Shown here piece by piece: positions 10,029 through 20,558 of a stretch of 64,000 bases of DNA (position 1 is the stretch's first letter; the number at the start of each line of letters is the position of its first letter). The stretch is taken from the IMG/VR virus record IMGVR_UViG_3300028563_000012, positions 38,535 through 102,534 of that record. One strand, written 5' to 3'. The notes beneath the pieces are model-generated. The model had not been told where the DNA came from. It did not search any database and was given only the letters and a program-made list of their open reading frames with translations. Made by a program: the position numbers and the translations under genes. The stretch is from a virus.

Positions 10029-10775
10029 TTATTGAAGCTTGTCCTTGTATTCTGCGTTCACGGCTTGTCGCAATTTTTCTTTCGCATCGGCCGATAGCGC
10101 TGTGGCACCAAGTTGGGCATGTTCCGCGGCGGGACAACTTGCCAATCCTGCCTGGGCTGCAGCGAAGCATGTGATCACGTCATCAGGCCAAGTCGAACCA
10201 GCGGCCGCGTGGATGCACGGCAAGACATTGGTCCAAGCCGCAGCAATGGTGCTGCATTGGCTGACGATTTGGATCAGCTGTCCTGAGTCCTTGACTGTGG
10301 TGATTGATGCGCAAGCGATTTGGGCCTCATGCTTTTGCCACCAAGCACACCCGCCAAGCGTCGATACCGACACCCCCAATATCAACATGGTGGTTATTTT
10401 GGTGATTGTGTCGGTCTGCAGGGTGCCACCCATGTTAAGTCCAACCTTCATCAAGATGCTGAGAAGCACAACGATGCCGCCAGTTTGTGCCCAATGTATG
10501 TGGCCCGCAACAGCAAGGCCGAAGTTGGCAAAGCTGACCATCACGCAGCTCCAAAATTCAGTCGTCTTGAAGACGCTCTTAGGATCCGCGCCTTGCAGAT
10601 ACTTGGTCAACGTCCGTGCCGCCAAGTAGATCACGGCAATTCCCGCACCGGCAAGCCCTGCCCAGGTTGGTGAGATGGAGCCTGACATGGCAGAATAGGT
10701 GTCGATGATGTAGCCAAGAATGGCAAGGATGATGGCGGCGGCTTTTGGCCCTTGTGATGTTTTGACTGCGTCCAT
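10029..10775 (-). CDS. Holin-like multipass protein with lipoprotein-like C-terminal domain
   Basis: About 4 TM segments with KTTEFW, then an internal lipobox-like LGG-C and a Cys-rich helical domain. Confidence 0.5.
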   Translation of the reverse strand: MDAVKTSQGPKAAAIILAILGYIIDTYSAMSGSISPTWAGLAGAGIAVIYLAARTLTKYLQGADPKSVFKTTEFWSCVMVSFANFGLAVAGHIHWAQTGGIVVLLSILMKVGLNMGGTLQTDTITKITTMLILGVSVSTLGGCAWWQKHEAQIACASITTVKDSGQLIQIVSQCSTIAAAWTNVLPCIHAAAGSTWPDDVITCFAAAQAGLASCPAAEHAQLGATALSADAKEKLRQAVNAEYKDKLQ

Positions 10776-10828
10776 GGGAAACCTCCTGTTGGCCTATTCT
10801 AAGTCTTTCGTTGTTTGTTCCATCTCTG

Positions 10829-11647
10829 CTAGTGCCTTTTGGCGCCCATCCTCCACAATTCTTGCAGGTATGCTTGCGAGCGTGCAACTTGCTCAATCCA
10901 AACAGGCCCGTAGCACAGATCAATACCCTCATTCCAAAGCGGATCTGGAAGGCCAAAAACCCATGGGCAAGCATTGGCGCCCGTTTGCCATGGGATGGCC
11001 CCGGTAAGCGTGTTGTTGCCCAATTCGACACCATTAACGTACAACCGTATGTGCGATCCATCGTACGTAAGTGACAAAAGCGCCCATTCACAAAATGGGA
11101 CACGATTGTGATCAACTTTGACAAATATTGGTGCCACTGTCCCATCGAACGTCATGTTGGCGCCTCGTTGGGCGATGCTCATGTGCACAACTTGATACGG
11201 GGATACCCAAGTTGACGGACGAAACGGTTTGGAAATTATGCGCCCATCATTGTCGCCTGGACGAAAGTACGTTTGGACAAATACCCAAACAGATAATGTC
11301 AAATAGTTTGGCGGTTCGAATGCCCCAACAGCTGTCAGCATTCGCAAATTCTGCGTCGTTCCTGGTGAGTAGATGCCGCCGCTGAATTGTTGCTCTCCAA
11401 ACGGACCAACAACGCCAGGAATCGGCGTCCCCAAGTTGATCGTCAGGTCATTGGTCCCTGTGATTTCGTTTTTGAAAGATGTTGCTGTTGATGGCTCTTT
11501 GAACAAGAACAACGCAAGTGTGTCTGAGTCATGCGGTGCAGGGATGTCGTAAAGCTTCACAAGCGCCGTAGAAGGGCCAGGGCCACGCAGGCTCCCAATG
11601 GATGTTCCCCAAGCAGATGAGCCTTTTCTGTAAACATCACCTTTCAT
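10829..11647 (-). CDS. LamG/ConA-like domain protein (paralog A)
   Basis: TLSVWV, WALLSLTYDG, LYVNG motifs. Confidence 0.8.
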   Translation of the reverse strand: MKGDVYRKGSSAWGTSIGSLRGPGPSTALVKLYDIPAPHDSDTLALFLFKEPSTATSFKNEITGTNDLTINLGTPIPGVVGPFGEQQFSGGIYSPGTTQNLRMLTAVGAFEPPNYLTLSVWVFVQTYFRPGDNDGRIISKPFRPSTWVSPYQVVHMSIAQRGANMTFDGTVAPIFVKVDHNRVPFCEWALLSLTYDGSHIRLYVNGVELGNNTLTGAIPWQTGANACPWVFGLPDPLWNEGIDLCYGPVWIEQVARSQAYLQELWRMGAKRH

Positions 11648-12471
11648 CAGAACCTTTTCGCGGCCCGTTTGTAACAGGTCCCAAGATCACTGACGCTGCG
11701 TGCAACTTGTTCGATCCAAACAGGCCCGATGCGTGCATCCAAGCCTGCGCTTGCCACACCAACGGGTTCACCAATAACCCATGGGCAAGCATTGACACCC
11801 GAAGACCAAGGGATAACCCCGGTGCGGCTGGCTGTGCTGACCTGTTGACCGTTCACGTAAAGCTTCACACTTGCCCCATCGTACGTGAGCGACAACATGG
11901 CCCATTCAAACAAAGGCACCAAACGCTCATTCACAGACACTGCGGTCGATCCAATTTGGGCTTTCAACACCCCGGTGGAATCAAACCAGATTGCGACCAC
12001 ACGATATGGTGATGCCCATGCTGATGGGTGGTATGGTTTGGTGAGCAGATTCCCATCACCAGTTGCTCGCCGATAGTTGTGCAAAAACACCCACAAGTTC
12101 AACGTTATGCTTGTTGGAGGCTCGAATGCGCCCACTGATGTTGTGACTATGGCAACGTCTTCCAAATAGCCATTGGTGAAAATGGCGCCGCTTGGGCTTG
12201 AAGGGCTTGATGGGTATCCAAACGGGCCAACGCACCCCAAGTGGAGTGTTCCAGCTGTCTGGTGCAAGTCGTTCGCTGATGTGATGGCATTTTGGAAGGA
12301 GCTTCCAGATGTCTCGTTGAACAAGTAAAGCGCAAGCGTATCACTGTCTGATGGCGTCGGCTGGTTCGCGCCGTAAAGCGGCACATATATTGTGGCAGGC
12401 GGAGGGCTGGCAATGTTTTCCAACGGGCTGCCCCATCCAGCCTCCGTTTTTCTGTAGAGATCGCCACGCAT
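11647..12471 (-). CDS. LamG/ConA-like domain protein (paralog B)
   Basis: Same motifs as paralog A; shares DSDTLAL, GAFEPP, NACPWV, GPVWIEQVARS. Confidence 0.8.
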   Translation of the reverse strand: MRGDLYRKTEAGWGSPLENIASPPPATIYVPLYGANQPTPSDSDTLALYLFNETSGSSFQNAITSANDLHQTAGTLHLGCVGPFGYPSSPSSPSGAIFTNGYLEDVAIVTTSVGAFEPPTSITLNLWVFLHNYRRATGDGNLLTKPYHPSAWASPYRVVAIWFDSTGVLKAQIGSTAVSVNERLVPLFEWAMLSLTYDGASVKLYVNGQQVSTASRTGVIPWSSGVNACPWVIGEPVGVASAGLDARIGPVWIEQVARSVSDLGTCYKRAAKRF

Positions 12472-12483
12472 CTTGCAACCTAA

Positions 12484-14235
12484 TCACAGCGAATGGCAAG
12501 CAGATGTGACCAATGATGACACCGTTGCGCCCGAGTACACTGTGGAATCTATGCGCACATCCTCAATCAGACCATACCATTGACGGGTGGTGGTTCCGTA
12601 GTCAGCACCGATGACGTATGCCCCGTGTGTGCTCCAATAGAGCGCTGTGTTTGCTGCCGTCGTGCCTGTGCTCACGGCATAACCATCGACGTAGCCAACA
12701 ATTGCGCCAGTTGAGTATTTATATGTGAATCCGATATGGTGCCAAGTTCCAACAAACAAATTCTCAGTCACCCCAAGGCTGACACCCGTTTCAACTCCTG
12801 ATGGTTGCGTCCAAAAGTCGAAATACCACTGATTGGTGTTGTTGCCGTTGCCGTTGAAGCGCATACACCAAGCATAAGAACCTCCAGATGAGTTTTGCTC
12901 TTTCCCTAGCAGAATCGCCCACTGTGCGCTGAAGACAACTTTGACCCAAGCGAAAACGCTGAGATCGTTGGATTCGCCAAGAGACGTCGTGGTTGTCCGA
13001 AGCAATCCCTTGTTGTCAGATGAAACAGCCTCAAGAGCAGCAGCCGTGCCGTATGCGCCATTGCGGCGCGTAACGTTGGCTGTGCTGTATACGCTGAGGG
13101 CGAGCGTCCCGGCTGTACCGATGTTAGCAAAAGGTGGACCGCTGGTGAAATCCCAATAGATTGGAACACTGCTGTAACTTGGCCTTGTTGGTGTGCAACC
13201 ACCCCCGCTTCCCGCGGGCGTGGCCCATGCTCCCGAGCCGTTCAGAAAGTGCGCAGCGTTGCCGTCGCCCTGTGGAGCAAAACCTGGCAGACTTGTCGTC
13301 ATGTTTTGGCCCGTGGCTGTCGTGATGCTCAGCAGAGATGCAGGGACGTTGGCCAATACGGCCTTGGGGCTGTTTGATGTCGAGACGCTGGTTGCTGTCG
13401 TGGTGACGGTGCCTGAACTCCAAGCCACGTTGCCATCAGCGTACAATGTCACAGCAGGCCCGGCTGGCCCTGTTGGGCCCTGGATGTTGCCGTTCAACGT
13501 CCAACTTCCGCCCGCGCCGCCCGCGCCGAGCGAGTAGACATTCCCAACGGCTCCACCGCCCGCGCTGGTTTCGAGATAGTAGTCACCAGAGACAGAACCA
13601 CCAACGCTCGATGGAGGGTTGGCGCCCGTCCACCACTTCGCGCCAGGCGTCCCGTTTGTGCCATTGGTTCCGTTAGTTCCGTTTGTGCCAGTTGTCCCTG
13701 TGGCACCCTTGATGTTGCCGACGGAGCTGCCCCAACTTCCGCCCGTTCCGGTCATCGTGTAGACATCGCCAGTCGTGGTGTTGAGATAGTAGTCGCCCGA
13801 GATCGATCCGCCCACGCCGCTGGGCACCCCTGCAGCTTCCCACCACTTCGATCCAGGTGCGCCATTCGTTCCATTGGCCCCATTGGTCCCGTTTGTGCCA
13901 TTGGTTCCAGGCGATCCATTGGTTCCGTTTGTGCCGTTAGTTCCCGATGGCCCTTTGATGTTGGCTATGGCGCCGCCGCCCCACGTGCCGCTGGCATGCT
14001 GCCAAACATTCCCAGTTGCTGTATCAAGGTACAGGTCACCATCATTTGCGCTCACCGCTGGTGCCCCGCTGCCGGTGAACCAGTGATTTGCTGTCCCACC
14101 AGGGATGAGCGACGGGTCAATGGTTCCAGCCGGGCACGACGTCCGCACAAATTGCTGATAGCACGTGGCGTGTGAAAATGAATCCACAAGCAGAGACAAC
14201 AATACTCCACCCAATACGGCAAACGTCTTTTTCAT
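12484..14235 (-). CDS. Collagen-like fibre protein with C-terminal LamG domain
   Basis: GTN triplet tracts, three W..G..P...GD.YL repeats, WHHIGFTY...YVDG; ATG at 14235 overlaps the upstream stop. Confidence 0.75.
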   Translation of the reverse strand: MKKTFAVLGGVLLSLLVDSFSHATCYQQFVRTSCPAGTIDPSLIPGGTANHWFTGSGAPAVSANDGDLYLDTATGNVWQHASGTWGGGAIANIKGPSGTNGTNGTNGSPGTNGTNGTNGANGTNGAPGSKWWEAAGVPSGVGGSISGDYYLNTTTGDVYTMTGTGGSWGSSVGNIKGATGTTGTNGTNGTNGTNGTPGAKWWTGANPPSSVGGSVSGDYYLETSAGGGAVGNVYSLGAGGAGGSWTLNGNIQGPTGPAGPAVTLYADGNVAWSSGTVTTTATSVSTSNSPKAVLANVPASLLSITTATGQNMTTSLPGFAPQGDGNAAHFLNGSGAWATPAGSGGGCTPTRPSYSSVPIYWDFTSGPPFANIGTAGTLALSVYSTANVTRRNGAYGTAAALEAVSSDNKGLLRTTTTSLGESNDLSVFAWVKVVFSAQWAILLGKEQNSSGGSYAWCMRFNGNGNNTNQWYFDFWTQPSGVETGVSLGVTENLFVGTWHHIGFTYKYSTGAIVGYVDGYAVSTGTTAANTALYWSTHGAYVIGADYGTTTRQWYGLIEDVRIDSTVYSGATVSSLVTSACHSL

Positions 14236-15212
14236 CCTGCAGATCCTCCAATGTACTTCCAATAAGGTGATCCCGTTCCTGTCAAAAAGGCGCGCAGGTG
14301 AATCTCCTCACCGGCCGGGACTTCCCATGATGGGTAACTTCCTCCAACAAATGCCCCTTTGATTGGAGCAAGACTCGTTGTCCCCAAACTTGTCACAGCC
14401 ATATCAGCAGTGAATGTCAGAGATATGTCTGTTCCATCATGGACACTAGATGGGACTTCGACGCCAATCAACGGGCCTGTCCCTGAAACTTTCAGTTTTC
14501 GGGCTGTTGCAAATCCAGAAATGCCGCCACTTGAAATGCTGACAGCTGTGAAAGCTTCATCCGCGCCGCCAGATCCAGACATGCCTGCAGGGCCTTGGAT
14601 GTTCCCAACCGGTGATCCCCAAGTCGATGGGCCTTTTTGGTAAACATCACCATTCGACATGTCCAGATAGAAATCATCACGCACACCAAGCGTGCCGGCG
14701 GGAACGCCGGTGCCTTCGTACCATGCGGTGGGAGCAACCCGGTCACCAGGATCTGTCGTTCCCAAGTCAAGATAGAAATCTCCAACAGAGCCAAGCATCC
14801 CAGACGGAACGCCATCACCAGTCAACCAATTGCTGCCATCAGAAAATGTTATCCAATCTGTGGTGGCTGGCCCTGATTTGCCCCAAAAAGCAACATGCAA
14901 TCCGGAAATTGGATCCAATTGCTGAGCAACAGATGGCATCGGGCGATCCAAGCCAACTCTTGGAGGATCTACGGTCGAATCTGTGGTTGTTGGATCAAAG
15001 ATGATTGCTTCCCAAACCAAGGCATGTTTTGCGATCTTGAAGCCGGCAATCTCGGCCACCAGCTTTGTGAAAGCGGATGTGATGATTTTTTGCTGCTCAA
15101 GCGGCAATTGCATGTAATCGGCAGGCAATCCAGACAGAAATGCCACACCAGCATCAGACTGCGCGTCACAAGTCTCATCGCCAATCAGCTTGCCTATTGG
15201 GTTGTCTGCCAT
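14232..15212 (-). CDS. Fibre-associated protein with W..G.G.P...GD.YLD repeats
   Basis: Two repeat modules of the type found in the downstream fibre protein. Confidence 0.6.
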   Translation of the reverse strand: MADNPIGKLIGDETCDAQSDAGVAFLSGLPADYMQLPLEQQKIITSAFTKLVAEIAGFKIAKHALVWEAIIFDPTTTDSTVDPPRVGLDRPMPSVAQQLDPISGLHVAFWGKSGPATTDWITFSDGSNWLTGDGVPSGMLGSVGDFYLDLGTTDPGDRVAPTAWYEGTGVPAGTLGVRDDFYLDMSNGDVYQKGPSTWGSPVGNIQGPAGMSGSGGADEAFTAVSISSGGISGFATARKLKVSGTGPLIGVEVPSSVHDGTDISLTFTADMAVTSLGTTSLAPIKGAFVGGSYPSWEVPAGEEIHLRAFLTGTGSPYWKYIGGSAG

Positions 15213-15213
15213 G

Positions 15214-15969
15214 CTACTTCAACCATCCTAGCAGCGAGAGGAATGCCTCATCAGCACCCTCTGTGAGCAGCTCGTTGATATCAACCACAGCTTGGGCAAG
15301 ACCGGGCTGCAACCCGGACAATGGCCCTTGGGCCGCTGCTTGCATGGACGTCAAATCCATGGAAAGTTTCTGAAGCAACGTGCTGAGCTTGTCCCAAAAT
15401 AACGTGCCTTTTACCATCTTTTGATCAGCCTGGTCGCCGCCAACCCGGATCTTGCCATCAATCACATCCAAGATGGTGTTGTTGAGATCAAACTTGATTT
15501 TGTCTGGTGTGATTGTTATGGTGTCTTTGGATTCTTGGCGCCCGAGTGTGATGGACTGCGCCTTCTCATCGAGGATGAGCATCAACCCGCCCTTGGACAC
15601 GAAGCCACGGCGCTGAGGGTAGTTGGTCAGAAGCGCTTTGGGCAGCGGCATCCCGTTCTGCTGGCCTGTTGGAGGCGCATGCCGCCATCGCAACCCTGGA
15701 TTCAGCATGAAGCGCTCGCCCTTGTACTGATCCAACCCAACGTCGGTCACATCTACCATGACTTCAACGGTTGAGCCGACGTCTGGCATGAAGAGCATTG
15801 CTGCTCCGCCGAGGCTGCTGAAGGCATTCGAATCGGGCACAGCCCAATGCGGCAACTCCGTGGCTGCTCCCACCAGTGATTGGCAACGCACTTTGAGCCG
15901 TCCGCGTTTTTCGGGATCCGTGATGTTGGTCACGATGGCATAATGCGACTCTGTGATCGTGCCGCTCAA
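15214..15969 (-). CDS. Baseplate spike protein (gpV/VgrG OB-fold)
   Basis: DPEKRGRLKVR...WA...FMPDVGSTV motif. Confidence 0.85.
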   Translation of the reverse strand: MSGTITESHYAIVTNITDPEKRGRLKVRCQSLVGAATELPHWAVPDSNAFSSLGGAAMLFMPDVGSTVEVMVDVTDVGLDQYKGERFMLNPGLRWRHAPPTGQQNGMPLPKALLTNYPQRRGFVSKGGLMLILDEKAQSITLGRQESKDTITITPDKIKFDLNNTILDVIDGKIRVGGDQADQKMVKGTLFWDKLSTLLQKLSMDLTSMQAAAQGPLSGLQPGLAQAVVDINELLTEGADEAFLSLLGWLK

Positions 15970-17390
15970 AACCGCATCACCTTGTTGGCTGTGAATTCAC
16001 ACGTGTACGGTGCTGGAGCGACCATGTGGCGCACACGTGTGAAGAAATACTCTCCATCAAGTTGGTCGCCAAGCCCGAGCAGCGTGTGTGTTTGGCGCGC
16101 TCGCAAGGTTTCGGTGCCGATGACGGATCCTTGTACGGTGATGAAATTGTCTTGGCGCTTCTTGAACCATTGCCAAAGGAATGCTGAGGCCTCATCCAGG
16201 TCGTTGAAGCGTCGGTTGGGAGGCACCGTCACGTCGATGGCGAAGCCGCCGGCCGCAATGCGCCAACGTGCTGCATTTTCGAATGCGTGGACCATCGCAT
16301 CCTTGGCCTTGCGCTTTAGCACATGCGAGGGTGATTCTCTGCGTGGCCGGTTGCTGTTGCGACGCACTGATGGGGGGTTCTCTGTGGCAGATGCCTTCGC
16401 CAGCAGGCCGCCACCGCGCGTGAAAAATGGGCTTTCAGCGCTGTCTTCATCACCGATGCTGTGCGATTCCCGAACTGACACCCATTGCTGGGCCTTGCCG
16501 TCCCAAATTAGAATGGTGGCCGCGGTGACGTTCTCATGCAACCCGTACTCAGGCATGGCATCGAGCAAGGTGCCCGTACCATTCACGCCGTACCTGAACA
16601 CATACATCGGCTTTTGGTCGTGCTGGACAGCTTTCCAATGAAGCACCCAAACGTTGCGTTGGGTGTCGTAATCCACCCAGGCATCACGGTCGTTCAGGTT
16701 GGCCAAGCCCTTGACGATTTCCCAATGGTTTTGGTTCTTCTTGAGGATCACATCCTCGTGTCTGTCTGTGTGATCAATATCAAGATGGAACGCATGTTGC
16801 TCGGCGATGGCAACAACGACATCACTGTGCCTGGCTTGGCTGAAGACTTGTCCAAGATTATCAGCACCACCGACGGGTTGCGAGACGATCGCCTTGGACT
16901 TTAGCCTGCTGCTCTTGATTGGGCTGGTGGCATGCGACATCTTCACGCTGGCATCATAACCCTTGACTTCCAACACCGGCATGCCTTCACGTGGAAAGCG
17001 TGGTAAGTGTTTCTGCCAGCACACCCGGCCGACAAAATTCCACTTGTGGCCAAGTTGTCCATATCCAACACTGAGTTGGGCCTCATTTTGATAACTTGGC
17101 TGGAATACCTTGTGCGTATTCCAATCAGGCCAATCAGGATCCACCAGCCCTGGGTTGGTGATGTTGATGCGCAACATGTCAGCCATGCCGATTGCGCTTT
17201 CATACTCGACTGATTCAATGTATTGGCTGATGTCTTGGCTGACAGTTATGCCGTTCACGTCCAAGCGGAAATTGGGCGCCAGGTCATCGCCGTCAACACG
17301 ATTCCCTGGCGCGCCCAAGTCTGGTTTGTCCAGTGATGTGCGTGCGGCCAACATGTTGGCCATTATCGGGGTGAATGAGAGAGGTGGCAT
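15966..17390 (-). CDS. Baseplate hub (late control D-like)
   Basis: IESVEYE, LEVKGYD, GEYFFTRVRH; position in the module. Confidence 0.8.
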   Translation of the reverse strand: MPPLSFTPIMANMLAARTSLDKPDLGAPGNRVDGDDLAPNFRLDVNGITVSQDISQYIESVEYESAIGMADMLRINITNPGLVDPDWPDWNTHKVFQPSYQNEAQLSVGYGQLGHKWNFVGRVCWQKHLPRFPREGMPVLEVKGYDASVKMSHATSPIKSSRLKSKAIVSQPVGGADNLGQVFSQARHSDVVVAIAEQHAFHLDIDHTDRHEDVILKKNQNHWEIVKGLANLNDRDAWVDYDTQRNVWVLHWKAVQHDQKPMYVFRYGVNGTGTLLDAMPEYGLHENVTAATILIWDGKAQQWVSVRESHSIGDEDSAESPFFTRGGGLLAKASATENPPSVRRNSNRPRRESPSHVLKRKAKDAMVHAFENAARWRIAAGGFAIDVTVPPNRRFNDLDEASAFLWQWFKKRQDNFITVQGSVIGTETLRARQTHTLLGLGDQLDGEYFFTRVRHMVAPAPYTCEFTANKVMRF

Positions 17391-17391
17391 G

Positions 17392-18198
17392 TTAGGACGT
17401 GAGGATCAGCGATTGGCGAGGCTGCGATCGGAGCTGGTACATTTTGGAACGCAAGGCAAGGCCTGCCGGCGTCCTCACCAAGACCCTGGACATTGGTTCA
17501 ACGATTCGATCAGCAATGGTCTGGTAGGGCGCCAACGGGATCACGGTGCCTGGCGAAGTCCCTGGATGTGGTAGCGTCGGGTTGTCAAAACGGAGCAACG
17601 ATCCAAGCATAGGATCGCCGTACTCAGTGAGGGCAATTTGCTCCCACGTATCACCATATTTGGTGGTGTAATAGTAGGTATGCGGCTTGGGCTGGTCTAT
17701 CAGACCATAGCTCACGGGGTCATAGATGGCCAGGACGATGCCGAGAGTGACGCCGCGTAGCGTGCCATCATTACGCAGCGAATCCCAACGCGGCTCGCCA
17801 AGCGACTTTACCACCACAGTTTCGTTGATGGTGTTGCCCCAAAGGAACGCGAAGCGAGGCGGCCGCGCCAGGCCGATGTCTTTCACAACGCTGCGTTTCA
17901 GATTGTCGTACAACTCTTGGATGTCTTGTGTGGAGTCATCGGCCCAAAGCTTCATGGTGAACTTGAAGCCTTTTTCCTTGCCATTGCTGTACTGGATGAC
18001 GGGTTGGTCTTGCCCCATGGTGGCGATCTCGGTCCATTCACCTTCCCAACCTGTGTCCTGCATGTCAAGTGGCAGATACTGGAATTGGATCGCCTTGACC
18101 GTTTCGCCATCCTTGGTGCCTTTCAGGCGCCGTTGGTCAGACCAAACCGGGATGAGCTGTGGAAGCGGAGCCTGTGGTGTTACGCGTGTGGTGCTCAT
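17392..18198 (-). CDS. Tail tube initiator with LysM-like domain
   Basis: PVIQYSNG, RPPRFAFLWG, YTTKYGDTWEQIA...YGDP; follows the tape measure gene. Confidence 0.8.
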   Translation of the reverse strand: MSTTRVTPQAPLPQLIPVWSDQRRLKGTKDGETVKAIQFQYLPLDMQDTGWEGEWTEIATMGQDQPVIQYSNGKEKGFKFTMKLWADDSTQDIQELYDNLKRSVVKDIGLARPPRFAFLWGNTINETVVVKSLGEPRWDSLRNDGTLRGVTLGIVLAIYDPVSYGLIDQPKPHTYYYTTKYGDTWEQIALTEYGDPMLGSLLRFDNPTLPHPGTSPGTVIPLAPYQTIADRIVEPMSRVLVRTPAGLALRSKMYQLRSQPRQSLILTS

Positions 18199-20549
18199 GT
18201 TTGCTCCGTCGAAGTGATGGCAATGAACTGACGCTGCCAAGGCGTCTGCGTGAATCCTGCGCGCTCACCAATCTCTGCCTTGTGACGCGCGGTTGCGCCG
18301 GCTGTCTTTCGTCCATCCGTGTTGAGAGCAGCAGACAACTTGATGTCCAGCTTGTTTTCAACTTTCAAGTTCTTCTTCAGGTCGGAGATGTCCTTGGGCG
18401 ACATCCGGGACATGTTGTCGCCGCTGGTCGATGTGGCTTGCTGTGCGAGCGACATGCCGCCTGAGTCACCGGTGCCGGACGCTCCGCCGTTGTCTGCCAT
18501 CTTGGGGTTGCTTTTGCCCTCGGAAAAATCGTGAATCTTTTGGGCAGTAGCGATAAGGTTGTCATTTCCGACGCCGAGCCATGATGTGATGGCATTGAAA
18601 CCATCAAGCAATGTCGCCAGCATGCCAGCCGCGGATCTGATAGCACCCACAACCCAATGCTCGATGGCGTTGCCGAGGACTTGTGCGACCACCACGATGC
18701 CGTCCCACATTGGCTTGAATTGCTCCCAAATCCATGCGCCAACAGATTTGAGAATTCCAAACCAATGCGTGACTTCCCACACCAAGACATCCCATATGGG
18801 CATGAGTTGATCGAGGAGCCAGCTGCCAACAGCCTTCAGGACGCCCCAAGCGGCACCGAATATGACCCCAAGAGCAGCGCCAACTGTGCTGATGTAATCC
18901 CATATGAATGTTGCCACGGGCATGATGTAACCCATGATTGTGTTCCAAAACCCTTCGATGGTGCTGCCCAAGCCCATGACCCAATCGACGGCACCGCCCA
19001 ACCACTTGAACACTGCTCCGAGTGTCGTCATGATGGTTCCGAGCCATGATACCGCAGTGCTGAGCAACCAACTTCCAATGGGCTCAATCCACTCGAGCAC
19101 CTTGCTGATGAGCGGGAAGATGACACCCTTGAAGAACGTCACAAGGCCGCGGCCGACAGCCGTGAGGAACGTCCAGATGCCTTCGCCCAACGCCATCAGA
19201 GGCGCGCCTAGTTGCTTCAACCCTTCCCAAATGGGTTGGATGTATTGCCAAAGCATCATTGCTGCTCGTTTGATGGTGTCGAATGTTGACTCACCATCTT
19301 CACGGAACGCGAGGAATGCAAGCGCCAAACCGCCAACAACAAGGCCGATGGGCAATAAGAACGGCATCAAGAATGATGCGGCGCTGATCAGGGCGCTGCC
19401 GATGGTCATGGCAATTTGGACCAATGCCCAGATCTTCGACGTGATGCTGGTGATGATGCCGATAATTGGAACAGCAACTGTCATAATCAATGCAATTTGG
19501 GTCGCAATAGATGCGATTGTGCCGGCGGCCTTGCCGAAGTCGATGCCAAGAGATCCGGCCCAAGCCCGTGTCTTGTCGATGGCCCCGCTCAACCATTCAT
19601 ATGCGGTCTTGAGGTGGCCGTAGAATGTGATTACCTGTTCGACCAAAAAATCCCAAACAGGAACAAGCTTTGCGCTGATCGTCTCAGAAACACCATTAAG
19701 AGAATCGCTCCATGAGAAACCAACATCCACCAGACGCTTGATGGTCTTTTCGATGGACTCGAACAAACCACCAAAAGCGCCACGCAGTGTCTTCATGATG
19801 ATGGACTGCAGCGTTGTCCATGTTGCTCCAAACGACTCTCCAACCTTGTCGCCGTACTTGCCAAACTGTTGGCTGATTTCCAGCACGCGTTTCAACCTGT
19901 CTTCAGGCTTCAGCGCCGCCCATTCCTGGTTGGTCTCCTTCAAAAGGCCCATGCTCTTGATCATGCCAACAAACGGATCGCGGTTGTTCATCATGCCGCG
20001 GGCCATGCGCTGGAGTGAGCCAGCAACATCGTCAAAGGACAACCCGGCTGACTTCAGTGCGCCAGCCATGATCATGGCGCCCTTAGTCACAGCGATCATT
20101 TGATTTGACGTAGCGCCAAGGCCGATCAATCCGGGTGACACCTTTTGGAAGACGCGCACCGCATCCTCCGTGGTGCCCATGGTGTCAGCTGCGACTTTGG
20201 CCAAGCGTGGCATGATTTGGTCGGCCAACTCGTACATCTCATCATAGGAGCGATGGGATGCAGCACTGAAAACGATGGCAAGGCCCATTTTTGCCTGGGC
20301 AACTTGTTCGTTGGCTTCGAGTCCCTTGTGGACCAATTGCTCCAAGCCAACACCCAAGCCAAGGCCTGTGACCAAACTCATAGCGCTGAACTTGGACATC
20401 GAACCTTGAAGGTGCCCGATGTGTCCGCTTAACCCCTCCGCAGCATGGTCAACTCGATGAAAGCCTTCTTCAGCGACACGCATCTTGTTGACTGCTTGAT
20501 CAGCATCAAACTTCAACACACCGCCGAGTCCCAAGGATTCAAATGCCAT
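18195..20549 (-). CDS. Tape measure protein
   Basis: 784 aa with amphipathic W/F-periodic repeats, between chaperone and tube initiator. Confidence 0.9.
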   Translation of the reverse strand: MAFESLGLGGVLKFDADQAVNKMRVAEEGFHRVDHAAEGLSGHIGHLQGSMSKFSAMSLVTGLGLGVGLEQLVHKGLEANEQVAQAKMGLAIVFSAASHRSYDEMYELADQIMPRLAKVAADTMGTTEDAVRVFQKVSPGLIGLGATSNQMIAVTKGAMIMAGALKSAGLSFDDVAGSLQRMARGMMNNRDPFVGMIKSMGLLKETNQEWAALKPEDRLKRVLEISQQFGKYGDKVGESFGATWTTLQSIIMKTLRGAFGGLFESIEKTIKRLVDVGFSWSDSLNGVSETISAKLVPVWDFLVEQVITFYGHLKTAYEWLSGAIDKTRAWAGSLGIDFGKAAGTIASIATQIALIMTVAVPIIGIITSITSKIWALVQIAMTIGSALISAASFLMPFLLPIGLVVGGLALAFLAFREDGESTFDTIKRAAMMLWQYIQPIWEGLKQLGAPLMALGEGIWTFLTAVGRGLVTFFKGVIFPLISKVLEWIEPIGSWLLSTAVSWLGTIMTTLGAVFKWLGGAVDWVMGLGSTIEGFWNTIMGYIMPVATFIWDYISTVGAALGVIFGAAWGVLKAVGSWLLDQLMPIWDVLVWEVTHWFGILKSVGAWIWEQFKPMWDGIVVVAQVLGNAIEHWVVGAIRSAAGMLATLLDGFNAITSWLGVGNDNLIATAQKIHDFSEGKSNPKMADNGGASGTGDSGGMSLAQQATSTSGDNMSRMSPKDISDLKKNLKVENKLDIKLSAALNTDGRKTAGATARHKAEIGERAGFTQTPWQRQFIAITSTEQT

Positions 20550-20558
20550 TGGCTTGTC

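Noticed and set aside
13650-13945. Short tandem DNA repeats (gttccgtttgtgcc-like)
   Set aside because: Explained by collagen-like GTN codons of the fibre gene.
10829-14235. Diversity-generating retroelement acting on the LamG paralogs
   Set aside because: No reverse transcriptase in the window, and paralog differences are not confined to adenines.
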